Source: a virus. Taken from it: a stretch of 26,798 nt of DNA. Each line of letters begins with the position of its first letter. Within the stretch, counting starts at the first letter, position 1. The stretch is from positions 1 to 26,798 of the IMG/VR virus record IMGVR_UViG_3300049595_002880; one strand, written 5' to 3'. Below the pieces are notes generated by a model. It did not search any database. It worked only from the letters and a program-made list of their open reading frames with translations, and was not told the origin of the DNA. Positions 10,040-18,759 of this stretch are shown piece after piece. Made by a program: the position numbers and the translations under genes.

Positions 10040-10951
10040 TGGCTTCATACAAAGAACAGTATTACAACCTTGAAGAAAGCGAAATGCAAGAATTGATTCT
10101 TCAGGCGAAGAATGGATCAGAGCAGGCAAAAACAGAGCTACTTAAGGTATTCAACAACTTCCTAACAAAATATGTAACAATGCTATTTTCAGGGAAGTAT
10201 AGTTATTCTGATTACGACATCAGAAGATTCATATCACTCTTTGTCAAAGACACATTTGTTAGATATGCACTGATGAAAAACAAGCTTAATCAGGCTGGGT
10301 ATAAGCATGTAAATGAGTGCATAAGCGGAATACTTTACATGGTCAAAAGATATTGCACAGAAGAAGATGTTCAGCAAACAGTGAGACTAACATTCTTCCA
10401 GTGCATAAATAGATATGAGAAAAAGGAATCAGAGAAAGGGCCAATACCATTTAGCGCATTCTTGTATAGCTACTTCTTATATCTTCTTAAGAAGAATGTT
10501 GATACCATGCTTATAGATCAACTGGGAAGAAAGACTTTTCCTTTGGTGACACAAGATGACATGTCTGGGGAATCTGATTCCGATGAGAATGGCATTGCAG
10601 GAGCCTATGTCGATACCCAGCAGTATGCTAATATAGATACTCCATTCAGTAGCGAAATCGACGAGTTTTGGGTTCTAGGAAATGAAACTGATGCTATATT
10701 TAGTAGGTTGTCTGTTCAAGAGAGGCAGCTGATAAAGTGGAGATTCATAGACAACAAGAGATCTTCCGAGATAGCTCTAAAGATAACAGAGCATCCAAAT
10801 ACAGTAAGAGAACACATAGCTAAGATAAAAGATAAGATTCTTTCGATTCTAGAAGAAGAGCGGAATGGAAGACTATAAAATTCTTTTAAAAGATTTTTTC
10901 TCCAAGAGAGAAAATAGTTCAAAATCAGACAAAGAAGAGGATGATGAGTAG
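10039..10951 (+). CDS. RNA polymerase sigma-like factor, possibly extended across CGGA 10861-10864 (about 303 aa; triplet-only product ends at 10878)
   Basis: EMQELILQAKNGSEQAKTELLKVFNNFLTKYV..., C-terminal region-4-like LSVQERQLIKWRFIDNKRSSEIALKITEHPNTVREHIAKIKDKI. Quadruplet reading adds MEDYKILLKDFFSKRENSSKSDKEEDDE*, with the stop overlapping the start of the next gene. Confidence 0.7.
10861..10864 (+). promoter_or_regulatory. Putative quadruplet codon CGGA near the 3' end of the sigma-like gene
   Basis: GAA GAG|CGGA|ATG GAA GAC TAT. Confidence 0.6.
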
Positions 10952-11462
10952 TTATTCAATCTCGAAACAATTCCTGGAAAAGGTGCCCAACATAATTGGT
11001 CCTCAGGTTGAAGAGTTCATAAGTGCAATAAGCTCAAAAGAAGAGCTTGATAAATATTATATTGAGATTCCAGATCCGAACTACGTAGATCTGTCTTTCA
11101 ATGATATTGCATCTCTAGTTGCAAGAGCTTCCAATATCTATGGAAGAGCTGCTCGATTTGCTGGTTTTGCTAGAGCACAGTATAAGTTACTAGAGGCTCA
11201 GTATAAGAGAATTTATAAAGCCAATAGAATTGGAAAGAATGAGGCGGAAAGAGAAGCAGCAGCAGCCGCGGCGTCAGATGAGCAATATGTTGCCTTAATG
11301 ACAATGGAATCGCTTGTGCATTTGGCCGAATCAATGGAATTAGCTGCTAGAATATCTTCTGAGTCTGCAAGAAAGTTAATGGACAAAATGCAGTCCATGC
11401 AAGTGGCTTCTGCTAGAGAAGAAAAGGGTTTCTTTTCTGAAAAAGATTTTTCTACTTTTTAA
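10941..11462 (+). CDS. Hypothetical alpha-helical protein
   Basis: MMSSYSISKQFLEKVPNIIGPQVEEFISAISS...; no in-frame CGG. Confidence 0.65.
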   Translation: MMSSYSISKQFLEKVPNIIGPQVEEFISAISSKEELDKYYIEIPDPNYVDLSFNDIASLVARASNIYGRAARFAGFARAQYKLLEAQYKRIYKANRIGKNEAEREAAAAAASDEQYVALMTMESLVHLAESMELAARISSESARKLMDKMQSMQVASAREEKGFFSEKDFSTF

Positions 11463-11472
11463 AGGAGTATAC

Positions 11473-11682
11473 GTGTATATAGGACATTATAAATCTGTTG
11501 CGTCTGCAAACGAATTCTTTTCCTCGAAAAGAAAAAACTTGGATTTCCCAACCCAAGTTGAGCACAAGGGTCAAAGATATCTCCTTCATGCAACACACAT
11601 TGCCTCCACCAAAGGTCAGGAGTCAAATATAAAAGATAGAGCAAAGCAGTTGGGAATTCCTTTTGGAATTAAGCTGGACTAA
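11473..11682 (+). CDS. Hypothetical small protein
   Basis: ORF track; compact arrangement in the operon. Confidence 0.5.
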   Translation: MYIGHYKSVASANEFFSSKRKNLDFPTQVEHKGQRYLLHATHIASTKGQESNIKDRAKQLGIPFGIKLD

Positions 11683-11685
11683 AAA

Positions 11686-12156
11686 TTGAATATAGAAGTT
11701 TTCTGCGATGGAGCCTCCAGGGGCCAGGGGCAAAAGAAGTTTGGAGAAGCCGCTTGTGCTGTCGTAGTTTTTAAAAATAAAAAGAAGGTAGCTCAATTTG
11801 CAAGAGGACTAGGTGCAAGAACAAATAACGAAGCTGAATACGAGGCAGTGATTACTGCACTTCTTATATGCACGATGTCTGATTTTGTTGATCCAATAAT
11901 TTATACAGATTCTGCCGTAGTTGCGAATCATGTGAATCAAAAATGGGTTTGTAAAAACTCCGCACTAGTTCCGCTTCTCATGACTATTGAGGAAATAAAA
12001 GAAGAGTATAGATTTAGGCTTGTCCAGGTTCCTAGGAATACTGTTCATGAAGCTGATGATCTTGCTAATCAATTTTTAAATCAATTAGAGATAAGAAAAG
12101 AAATCTCTCAAAATAAATGGTATAATAGCCCACATGACAAAGATTATAGAAGGTAG
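11686..12156 (+). CDS. Ribonuclease H-like protein
   Basis: IEVFCDGASRGQGQKKFGEAACAVVVF...RTNNEAEYEAVITAL...IIYTDSAVVANHVNQKW...VPRNTVHEADDLANQ: DG, E, D, D RNase HI pattern. Confidence 0.88.
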   Translation: MNIEVFCDGASRGQGQKKFGEAACAVVVFKNKKKVAQFARGLGARTNNEAEYEAVITALLICTMSDFVDPIIYTDSAVVANHVNQKWVCKNSALVPLLMTIEEIKEEYRFRLVQVPRNTVHEADDLANQFLNQLEIRKEISQNKWYNSPHDKDYRR

Positions 12157-12907
12157 TCCAATAATCCTAGGACTGGCTGGAAAAGCTGGTGCTGGTAAAA
12201 CAAGCGTAGCTGAGCAGATAGTTCCTAAGGGAGCACTTGAAACTACAAAAAATGGCATAAAGTGGGATCATATATTTTTTGCCCTTCCGCTGTATGAATT
12301 AGCTTCGATCAGAAAGAATACAAAAGGAGAGAGAGAAACTTCCAGAAAACTGTATGCAATACATAATGTATTGTACGAGATATATGGTAGCTCTCCACTT
12401 GGAAACATACCTGATTATGATGATTTCATTAAGCTGGTGAAGGAAATAAATGCTCTTGCGATAGAGCCTGATGGTGTTAAGCCAAGAAGATTTCTCCAGT
12501 CAGCTGGAGATATATGCAGAAGCTTTGACCCAGAATGTTTTGCTAAGTGGGGTGTGGCAAAATCAAAAAAGATATATCGTGAAATGTTGAGAGGACTTGA
12601 GGATCCATTTGAGTCTGCAATCGGAGTAATAATATCCGATGTTAGATATCCAAATGAGGCTCAAAATATACTTGATCAACCAAATGGATTTGTCATATGC
12701 TTTGACGCATCTGACGAAACACTTAATGCTAGACTTATGAAGAGAGACGGAAAGCCAATGTCTGCTGAGGCAGCAGAGCACTCTTCGGAAAAGCAGATGG
12801 ATATAATCAAGGAGATGGCAAGCGGTGTATTAAATACAGATGGCTTAGACATCGAGCAACAGACGCAAATTACATTAGATTTTATAAACAATTTAATCAG
12901 CTACTAA
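12134..12907 (+). CDS. Deoxynucleoside monophosphate kinase-like protein
   Basis: ILGLAGKAGAGKTSVAEQIV (P-loop), RRFLQSAGDICR, VIISDVRYPNEAQNI. Confidence 0.75.
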   Translation: MTKIIEGSPIILGLAGKAGAGKTSVAEQIVPKGALETTKNGIKWDHIFFALPLYELASIRKNTKGERETSRKLYAIHNVLYEIYGSSPLGNIPDYDDFIKLVKEINALAIEPDGVKPRRFLQSAGDICRSFDPECFAKWGVAKSKKIYREMLRGLEDPFESAIGVIISDVRYPNEAQNILDQPNGFVICFDASDETLNARLMKRDGKPMSAEAAEHSSEKQMDIIKEMASGVLNTDGLDIEQQTQITLDFINNLISY

Positions 12908-12916
12908 AGAGGAAAA

Positions 12917-13240
12917 ATGCCAAAGATAACCCAGAATGCCCATGAGCAATCGACAAATTCACCAATTGATCAGGCTGTCTCAGCAACTGCTACAGAAATA
13001 GCACTCTCGAGCAGTCCAATATTTATATGTGGAGTTAACAGAAAGATCAATATTGGTAACTTTGAGAACGTAGATGTCTATGCAGGGCTAACAATACCAC
13101 TTGAAAACGTGGACTTCTCAGACAAGGAAGCTCTTGCCGAAGCAGTAAAGAACGCAGCGGCATATGGATTTTCACTAGTCTCAAAAGAGACCGGTGAAAG
13201 ATATAACCTTATCAAGGAATCTCAACAAACTGGTAGGTAA
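12917..13240 (+). CDS. Hypothetical protein
   Basis: ORF preceded by AAAGAGGAAAA ribosome-binding site. Confidence 0.6.
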   Translation: MPKITQNAHEQSTNSPIDQAVSATATEIALSSSPIFICGVNRKINIGNFENVDVYAGLTIPLENVDFSDKEALAEAVKNAAAYGFSLVSKETGERYNLIKESQQTGR

Positions 13241-13256
13241 TTTTCTACTAGTTTAA

Positions 13257-13271
13257 GTTACTATGATAAGG
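13257..13271 (+). promoter_or_regulatory. GTTACTAT-type intergenic motif (candidate phage promoter)
   Basis: GTTACTATGATAAGG, shared with the intergenic regions at 22701 and 24612 (-). Confidence 0.4.
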
Positions 13272-13308
13272 TACAACAACAAACAATCAAATTAAAACAG
13301 AGGTTAAA

Positions 13309-13557
13309 ATGTTTAAGAAGCTAGCACAGAAAATCAAAGTACTTGTTTTTAGAGTTCAGAAGCTTGATCCAAACAGTCCAATGGCAAAGGCTCAGGCCAA
13401 GCTAATCGACGACATTGCTGATGTTGCTGAGGATGCTGCAAAGGACATTGCAGAGTCTGCAAAGAAGGAAGTCGGAGAGGCAGTTCAGGAAGTTAAGAAG
13501 AAGGCTGCCAAGAAGGCTCCAGCGAAGAAGGCTGCAGCAAAGAAGCCAACCAAGTAA
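13309..13557 (+). CDS. Histone H1-like Lys/Ala-rich protein
   Basis: C-terminal EVKKKAAKKAPAKKAAAKKPTK repeats. Confidence 0.7.
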   Translation: MFKKLAQKIKVLVFRVQKLDPNSPMAKAQAKLIDDIADVAEDAAKDIAESAKKEVGEAVQEVKKKAAKKAPAKKAAAKKPTK

Positions 13558-13565
13558 TAAGTGCA

Positions 13566-13628
13566 ATGAGCCTAGCTAAGTTCAGAAAAGTTAGTAAGGG
13601 TGGAAAAAAGCCCAAACCAAATAAGTGA
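13566..13628 (+). CDS. Tiny Lys-rich ORF (20 aa)
   Basis: MSLAKFRKVSKGGKKPKPNK*. Confidence 0.35.
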   Translation: MSLAKFRKVSKGGKKPKPNK

Positions 13629-13634
13629 TCATTT

Positions 13635-13757
13635 ATGGCTTTTAAGAAAAAGATTTACATAAGTGGTCCTCGAATGGGTACTAACAATTATATGAACGGT
13701 ATCGAGTTGCCTGTAAAAAGAAAATCTTCTAAGAAGACAAAAAAGAGGAAAAAATAA
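13635..13757 (+). CDS. Tiny Lys-rich ORF (40 aa)
   Basis: MAFKKKIYISGPRMGTNNYMNGIELPVKRKSSKKTKKRKK*; stop coupled to the next start (TAATG). Confidence 0.55.
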   Translation: MAFKKKIYISGPRMGTNNYMNGIELPVKRKSSKKTKKRKK

Positions 13758-14032
13758 TGGCAATTAAAAAAGGCTCAGAAACTTTTGCTGGTTACAATAA
13801 GCCAAAGCGTACTCCAAGTCATCCCAAGAAGTCCCACGCAGTACTTGCTAAGTCGGGATCAAAGGTAAAATTAATTAGATTTGGACAGCAGGGTGTAAGT
13901 GGTTCACCAAAGAAAAAGGGTGAGTCAGCTTCATACAGGAAAAGACGCGAATCATTTAAGGCGCGTCACGCAGCAAATATCAAAAAGGGTGTAATGTCAG
14001 CTGCCTACTGGGCCGATAAGGTCAAGTGGTAG
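13757..14032 (+). CDS. Small basic protein
   Basis: MAIKKGSETFAGYNKPKRTPSHPKKSHAVLAKSG... Confidence 0.6.
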   Translation: MAIKKGSETFAGYNKPKRTPSHPKKSHAVLAKSGSKVKLIRFGQQGVSGSPKKKGESASYRKRRESFKARHAANIKKGVMSAAYWADKVKW

Positions 14033-14079
14033 TTGATATTATTATAAAATAATAACCTAGTATACTAAGGAGAAATATA

Positions 14080-14199
14080 ATGGCAATGATGAAGAAGAAG
14101 CCAATGGGCGCCAAGAAGATGCCCGCCAAGAAGATGTCAGGCCCAAATATGATGGGTGGCAAGAAGAAGATGTCCCCAAAGAAGAAGATGGGCTACTGA
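14080..14199 (+). CDS. Tiny Met/Lys-rich protein (39 aa)
   Basis: MAMMKKKPMGAKKMPAKKMSGPNMMGGKKKMSPKKKMGY*, preceded by AAGGAGAAATATA. Confidence 0.55.
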   Translation: MAMMKKKPMGAKKMPAKKMSGPNMMGGKKKMSPKKKMGY

Positions 14200-14203
14200 T
14201 AAC

Positions 14204-14329
14204 ATGGCGGCAAAGAAGAAGAAGCCAGCAGCTAAGAAGTCTGCATCAAAGATGTCAGGGTTAACCCCTTCTCAGCAGAAGCTTCCTCCTTTTATTAAAG
14301 CAGCTATCCTTAAGAAAAAGAAGAAGTAA
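14204..14329 (+). CDS. Tiny Lys-rich protein (41 aa)
   Basis: MAAKKKKPAAKKSASKMSGLTPSQQKLPPFIKAAILKKKKK*. Confidence 0.55.
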   Translation: MAAKKKKPAAKKSASKMSGLTPSQQKLPPFIKAAILKKKKK

Positions 14330-14509
14330 ATGGCTAAGAAGAAGTCCCTTTTCCAAAAGAAAGTTACTAAAGTAATGGATGAATTTGGGAAAGGGACTCT
14401 TCACTCTGGAAAGGGTGGTTCAGTTGTAAAAAATCCAAAGCAAGCAGTAGCTATCGCCATATCTATGGCAAATAGGAAACCAAAGAAGAAAACCACAAAG
14501 AAAAAATAG
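14330..14509 (+). CDS. Small DUF6496-like protein (59 aa)
   Basis: MAKKKSLFQKKVTKVMDEFGKGTLHSGKGGSVVKNPKQAVAIAISMANRK...: V.KVM.EF..G.L.SG...V..pKQA.AIA pattern, recognised from memory. Confidence 0.6.
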   Translation: MAKKKSLFQKKVTKVMDEFGKGTLHSGKGGSVVKNPKQAVAIAISMANRKPKKKTTKKK

Positions 14510-14519
14510 GAGAACCAAA

Positions 14520-15349
14520 ATGGGCAAAGTCGCTTGGGATTATGTTGTTCCAGTAAAGCAACCTTCAGATCTTAAAGGTACTATACCAGGCAAGTTGCCT
14601 GAGAGTCTTCTAGTTAAAGTTCCTGGTGGACGGAAAGCTCCACTGGGCAGCAGCCTATGCTTGGCTCGCAATGTGCGAAGCAGCGAAAGCAGAGGGTGTT
14701 GAGCTAAAGCCTACATCATCTGCAGATACATACAGAACTTATGAGTCGCAACTTGCTGCATTTAAGCAGCGTTATACCACAACTCCAAACGGAAATGCAA
14801 CCCGCACCTTTGAAGGAAAGAAGTGGTATAAGAAAGATCCAAAGCTAGCTTCGCTAGCTGCACCACGGAACATCGCAGCACAATAGCGGTCTTGCCGTAG
14901 ATGTGCACAGTGCAGGTGAGCCAAAGCGTCTTAACTGGCTCATTGCAAATGTAAAGAAGTTTGGCTTCTCGTGGGAAGTCGTTCCAGAAGAGCCATGGCA
15001 CATTCGCTATGTTTGCGGAGATGCTATGCCAGAAGCTGTCGTGGCATATATGAATGCCAAAGGGCTCGCAAAGCCTGCTGGTGGTGCGTCTACTGCTTCC
15101 GTACCACCAGCAGGTGGAGCTAGCGCTGGTGGAGACGATGGTGGAGACCTTAATCCTGGAGATACAGGGCCAAGAGTAACCAAGCTTCAAGAAGAACTTG
15201 CCGAAAGAGGATTCTACAAAGGTGCATTTGATGGCTCCTTTGGGGCAGAGACAGCAAAAGCTGTAACCGCTTTTAAGCAGGCTAATAAGCTCGGTGCTGA
15301 TCCAAAGGCTGGATCAAGAGTTTTAGGCCTTCTAGGCATAGGGCTCTAA
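14520..15349 (+). CDS. Lysin: VanY-type D-Ala-D-Ala carboxypeptidase domain plus C-terminal peptidoglycan-binding domain, reconstructed across two CGGA sites (about 275 aa)
   Basis: ..VKVPGG-G-KLHWAAAYAWLAMCEAAKAEGVELKPTSSADTYRTYESQLAAF...LASLAAP-G-TSQHNSGLAVDVHSAGEP...EEPWHIRYV...GPRVTKLQEELAERGFYKGAFDGSFGAETAKAVTAFKQ. Confidence 0.93.
14631..14634 (+). promoter_or_regulatory. Putative quadruplet codon CGGA in the lysin (first)
   Basis: GGT GGA|CGGA|AAG CTC CAC TGG GCA GCA; joins ORF 14520..14702 to the 14626 frame. Confidence 0.87.
14866..14869 (+). promoter_or_regulatory. Putative quadruplet codon CGGA in the lysin (second)
   Basis: GCA CCA|CGGA|ACA TCG CAG CAC AAT AGC GGT CTT GCC GTA GAT GTG restores PGTSQHNSGLAVDV. 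The Gly is conserved in this metallopeptidase motif. Confidence 0.92.
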
Positions 15350-15356
15350 TGCAATC

Positions 15357-15569
15357 ATGGAAGCTATCATTGTTGCCTTGATAGGAGTAGTTGGTTCTAT
15401 TCTTGTAGTTATGCTAGAAAAAACTAGAAAAGAAAATAGAGAAGATCACAACGTCCTTGCGACAACAGTAAATAGAATAGAGCAAAAGTTGGACGACCAT
15501 ATGAGAGATCATGCTTTTAGTGAGATGGCTAAAAGAGTTAGAAGAAAAGAAATGAATAGAGGAGCATAA
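15357..15569 (+). CDS. Small membrane-anchored protein (holin-region or DUF2746-like)
   Basis: MEAIIVALIGVVGSILVVMLEKTRK... one TM segment followed by a charged coil. Confidence 0.5.
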   Translation: MEAIIVALIGVVGSILVVMLEKTRKENREDHNVLATTVNRIEQKLDDHMRDHAFSEMAKRVRRKEMNRGA

Positions 15570-15570
15570 C

Positions 15571-15786
15571 ATGGCCGCAAAGAAGAAGAGCAATAAGAAG
15601 TGGATTCAGGGAGCAATCAAGCGCCCTGGTGCCTTCACCGCAAAGGCAAAGAAGGCAAACAAAACAGTTGCTGGAATGGCTGCTGCCGTTACCAAGAATC
15701 CAAGCAGATACAGCGCCACAACAGTTCGTCAGGCAAATCTTGCAAAGACTCTAAGAAAGATCAGCAGGAAGAGAAAGTCGAAGTAG
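15571..15786 (+). CDS. Small Lys/Ala-rich basic protein
   Basis: MAAKKKSNKKWIQGAIKRPGAFTAKAKKANKTVAGMAAAVTKNPSRYSATTVRQANLAKTLRKI. Confidence 0.65.
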   Translation: MAAKKKSNKKWIQGAIKRPGAFTAKAKKANKTVAGMAAAVTKNPSRYSATTVRQANLAKTLRKISRKRKSK

Positions 15787-15789
15787 TAA

Positions 15790-15969
15790 ATGGCTAAGAA
15801 AAACGTTGCCAAGAACTCAGCCCTTTGGTCTCGCGTAAAAGGCGAGGCCAGGGCTAAGTTTGACGTATATCCTAGCGCCTATGCAAACGCTTGGGCCGCA
15901 AAGAAATATAAGTCTTTAGGTGGAACTTGGAAAACAGTTTCTGCTAAAAAAGCAAAAAGAAAGAAGTAA
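15790..15969 (+). CDS. Small basic protein (59 aa), DUF5872-like
   Basis: MAKKNVAKNSALWSRVKGEARAKFDVYPSAYANAWAAKKYKSLGGTWKTVSAKKAKRKK*. Confidence 0.6.
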   Translation: MAKKNVAKNSALWSRVKGEARAKFDVYPSAYANAWAAKKYKSLGGTWKTVSAKKAKRKK

Positions 15970-15972
15970 TAA

Positions 15973-16260
15973 ATGGCTGCGCCAAAAGGTGTTGGTTTAA
16001 CTAAGTGGTTCAACCAACGTTGGGTTAATATAGGCGCTCCTAAAAAGAATGGTAAGTGGCAACCCTGCGGAACCTCTGGTGCTGGTGGCACCGGTTATGC
16101 GAAATGTGTTCCGGTTGCAAAAGCAAATGCAATGTCGGCTTCTCAAAGAAGAAGTGCAGTTCAAAGAAAAAGGGCACAGGGCACTCCGACAAAAGGAGCT
16201 AAGGGCCAAGCTCCAAAAAACGTTGCTACATTTAAAAAGAAGAAAAAAACTTCTAAGTAA
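15973..16260 (+). CDS. Small basic protein
   Basis: MAAPKGVGLTKWFNQRWVNIGAPKKNGKWQPCGTSG... Confidence 0.65.
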   Translation: MAAPKGVGLTKWFNQRWVNIGAPKKNGKWQPCGTSGAGGTGYAKCVPVAKANAMSASQRRSAVQRKRAQGTPTKGAKGQAPKNVATFKKKKKTSK

Positions 16261-16290
16261 TTAGACTCATTACCTGCTATAATATCGAGC

Positions 16291-16449
16291 GTGAATAGCG
16301 TTGAATCTAATTTGGATATATTAGAGTTTGTCATTGACGGACCTTCAGGTACTTTGAATATTGTTACGTCTGATAAGACTTTTGTATTTTCAATAGACAA
16401 TTTTATTATTGGAAAAATGTTTCATGAAATAATGAGGTTTGTGCAATGA
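16291..16449 (+). CDS. Small ORF (52 aa, GTG start)
   Basis: MNSVESNLDILEFVIDGPSGTLNIVTSDKTFVFSIDNFIIGKMFHEIMRFVQ*; its TGA overlaps ATG 16446. Confidence 0.5.
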   Translation: MNSVESNLDILEFVIDGPSGTLNIVTSDKTFVFSIDNFIIGKMFHEIMRFVQ

Positions 16450-16682
16450 GTGAGGTTTGGTGGACCTGGCTTCTATTCTTTATGGAAGTTGTTGGAGTCA
16501 GTGGAAATTATCTTGTTGGAAATAAGAAGTGGTATGGGCATATGATTGTCGCCCTACACTCTTTCCCATGGGCTGTTTATTCGATTCTGTTTGATAAGCC
16601 TGGTTTCCTTGCTATGTGGGCCCTGTGGCAGTGGGTTCACTGGAGAAATATGGTAAAGTGGAGACTAGACAATGGGGCTTAA
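16446..16682 (+). CDS. Small membrane protein
   Basis: MSEVWWTWLLFFMEVVGVSGNYLVGNKKW... hydrophobic segments. Confidence 0.6.
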   Translation: MSEVWWTWLLFFMEVVGVSGNYLVGNKKWYGHMIVALHSFPWAVYSILFDKPGFLAMWALWQWVHWRNMVKWRLDNGA

Positions 16683-17391
16683 GATGGATCCAAAAGTATC
16701 TGTAATACTTACAAGCTATAACAAACCAGAGTATCTTGATATCGCAATTCAATCAGTTCTATCTCAGACTTATTCCAATTACGAACTTATTATTGCAGAT
16801 GACAACTCGCCAAATATAAGTGTATTTGAAGTGATATCTAAATATCAGAATCATAAAAATGTAAGATTTTTTAAATCTGATGTAACAGATGACAATAGGC
16901 TAAAAACCACTAGATATGCAACCCAAATCAATAGAGCAGTAGTAGAATTATCTACTGGTAAATACATTTGTTATCTTGCAGATGATGACCACTATTATCC
17001 ACTTATGCTCGAAAAGATGGTTGAATCAGCCGCTAAATATAATTATGATGTTTGTTTTTGCGCACAGCATATAAAAGATTCAAACGGAAACATTGATGGT
17101 GCTGGAGATCCATCAAGAGGTAGGAGATTTTTTTCAGAACCTCTTAAAAGAGGAGCTGATAAGTTAGATCATAACCAGGTAATGACATCAAGAACTGCCT
17201 TCAATAAAGTGGGTGGATGGGATGACTCACCCGGTTGGTGGGGTGGGGCTGACGCAGCGTTCTACGATAGACTAGAAAATGCGGGTTATACTTTCTATCC
17301 AATTGACTATCACGAGCCATTACAGGCAAAAGTGTATAGAGAAAAATCAGTTCAATGGAACATTGCTAATAATCTTAGCCCAAATGAATAG
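16672..17391 (+). CDS. Family 2-like glycosyltransferase
   Basis: PKVSVILTSYNKPEYLDIAIQSVLSQTYSNYELIIADDNS. Confidence 0.88.
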   Translation: MGLKMDPKVSVILTSYNKPEYLDIAIQSVLSQTYSNYELIIADDNSPNISVFEVISKYQNHKNVRFFKSDVTDDNRLKTTRYATQINRAVVELSTGKYICYLADDDHYYPLMLEKMVESAAKYNYDVCFCAQHIKDSNGNIDGAGDPSRGRRFFSEPLKRGADKLDHNQVMTSRTAFNKVGGWDDSPGWWGGADAAFYDRLENAGYTFYPIDYHEPLQAKVYREKSVQWNIANNLSPNE

Positions 17392-17400
17392 GGTCTAATC

Positions 17401-17943
17401 ATGGATTATTTTGATATAACGATAATTACACCAACAATTCATGAGAGATCAAATTTATTAACAGAAGCAGTAAAATCAGTTGAGAATCAAAAAGTAAAAG
17501 CAGTTGGCCATTTTGTTCAGGTTGATGAATCTAAAGCTGGTCCAGCATATGTGCGAAATCGTCTTGTTGAAAAAGTTCAATCAGAATGGATTGGATTTTT
17601 AGATGACGATGATATTTTATATCCAAATCATATTGAAGAATATAGAAAAGCACATGAAAATAGCGATGTGATATACACATGGTGTGATTCTACTGGAAGA
17701 GAAAAGTTTGATCCAAACAGCCATTTTGATCCAGAAAGATTAATGTACGGTAATTACATACCAATTACTGCTGCAGTAAGAACTAATTTTTTTCGACAAG
17801 TTGGTGGATTCAGTGAAGATACTAGATATGAAGATTGGGACCTCTGGGTCAAGTTATTAAAAGCTGGTGCGAGATTTACTTGTGTTCCAGTAAAAACTTG
17901 GTGCTATAGATTCCTGGGGAGCAATAGAACCTTTGGCGGCTAA
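17401..17943 (+). CDS. Family 2-like glycosyltransferase
   Basis: DITIITPTIHERSNLLTEAVKSVENQ...QSEWIGFLDDDDILYPNH. Confidence 0.85.
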   Translation: MDYFDITIITPTIHERSNLLTEAVKSVENQKVKAVGHFVQVDESKAGPAYVRNRLVEKVQSEWIGFLDDDDILYPNHIEEYRKAHENSDVIYTWCDSTGREKFDPNSHFDPERLMYGNYIPITAAVRTNFFRQVGGFSEDTRYEDWDLWVKLLKAGARFTCVPVKTWCYRFLGSNRTFGG

Positions 17944-18622
17944 TGAGACGGTAGCAACTATTGGTTGCGTTTGGGGTGAAGATAAGTATTTTGATATGGT
18001 TGACGGCTGGTTTGACTGCCTTAGATCATTAAATCGAAAACCGGATCAAATAGTTATTTCTACTACACCAGATAAAATTGCTTTTTTAAACAGCAAAGTG
18101 ATAAATCAATATCCTGAATTTCATTCAATATTAGATTTGGTCACAGGAACTACATGTGTAATAGAGGAAATGACAAATGAATCTGTTAAAGTAGTTAAAA
18201 CAGATTGGATATCTGTGCTTGCAATAGACGATAGATTATTGCCCAACGCTTATGATATGTTATCAACATCACCACAAAATGCCGACGTAATATCGATTGG
18301 CATGAGAACTACACTTGGTGTAGATATTCCGGCAAGACCGATAGAAAATCTATGGGCCGGAAGTAGATCAATGATTTTAGGTCCTAGCTATATAAGAAAA
18401 ACTATTTGGGACAAAATAGGCGGATATGACAGTAGATATGCGCTGTCTGACTGGGCTCTTTGGGTAATGGCAGCAAGAGCTGGAGCAAAGTTCTGGTGCT
18501 CTCCAACTATTACTCATTTAATAGACATAAATTCTCCAGGCAGAATATCATCTTCGCCATTTCCAGAAGATGAATACAGAAAAATAGATATTCTCAGAGA
18601 AACAGGTTGCTTTCCTGAATGA
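17933..18622 (+). CDS. Glycosyltransferase-like protein
   Basis: VATIGCVWGEDKYFDMVDGWFDCLRSLNRKPDQIVISTT...TDWISVLAIDDRLLPNAYDM. Confidence 0.7.
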   Translation: MAANETVATIGCVWGEDKYFDMVDGWFDCLRSLNRKPDQIVISTTPDKIAFLNSKVINQYPEFHSILDLVTGTTCVIEEMTNESVKVVKTDWISVLAIDDRLLPNAYDMLSTSPQNADVISIGMRTTLGVDIPARPIENLWAGSRSMILGPSYIRKTIWDKIGGYDSRYALSDWALWVMAARAGAKFWCSPTITHLIDINSPGRISSSPFPEDEYRKIDILRETGCFPE

Positions 18623-18669
18623 GTCTGCTATAATGTACTTACGGAAACCGACGTAGTCCGCTGACTACG

Positions 18670-18713
18670 AAATAAACCCCTCATCAGTGTCCCACTGGTG
18701 GGGGGTTTATTTT
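18670..18713 (+). terminator. Rho-independent-like terminator
   Basis: AAATAAACCCC...GGGGGGTTTATTTT inverted repeat. Confidence 0.75.
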
Positions 18714-18759
18714 ATATTTAAGCATTACTATTGATGTCAACTAATCGAAGGGGATTTAG

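Noticed and set aside
14866-14869. CGGA decoded as Arg (CGG) with A skipped
   Set aside because: Formally possible for phase restoration. However, motif Gly at 14866 (PGTSQH) and 8534 (GNIVHG) and the Gly-like tRNA body favour Gly. Only mass spectrometry can settle it.
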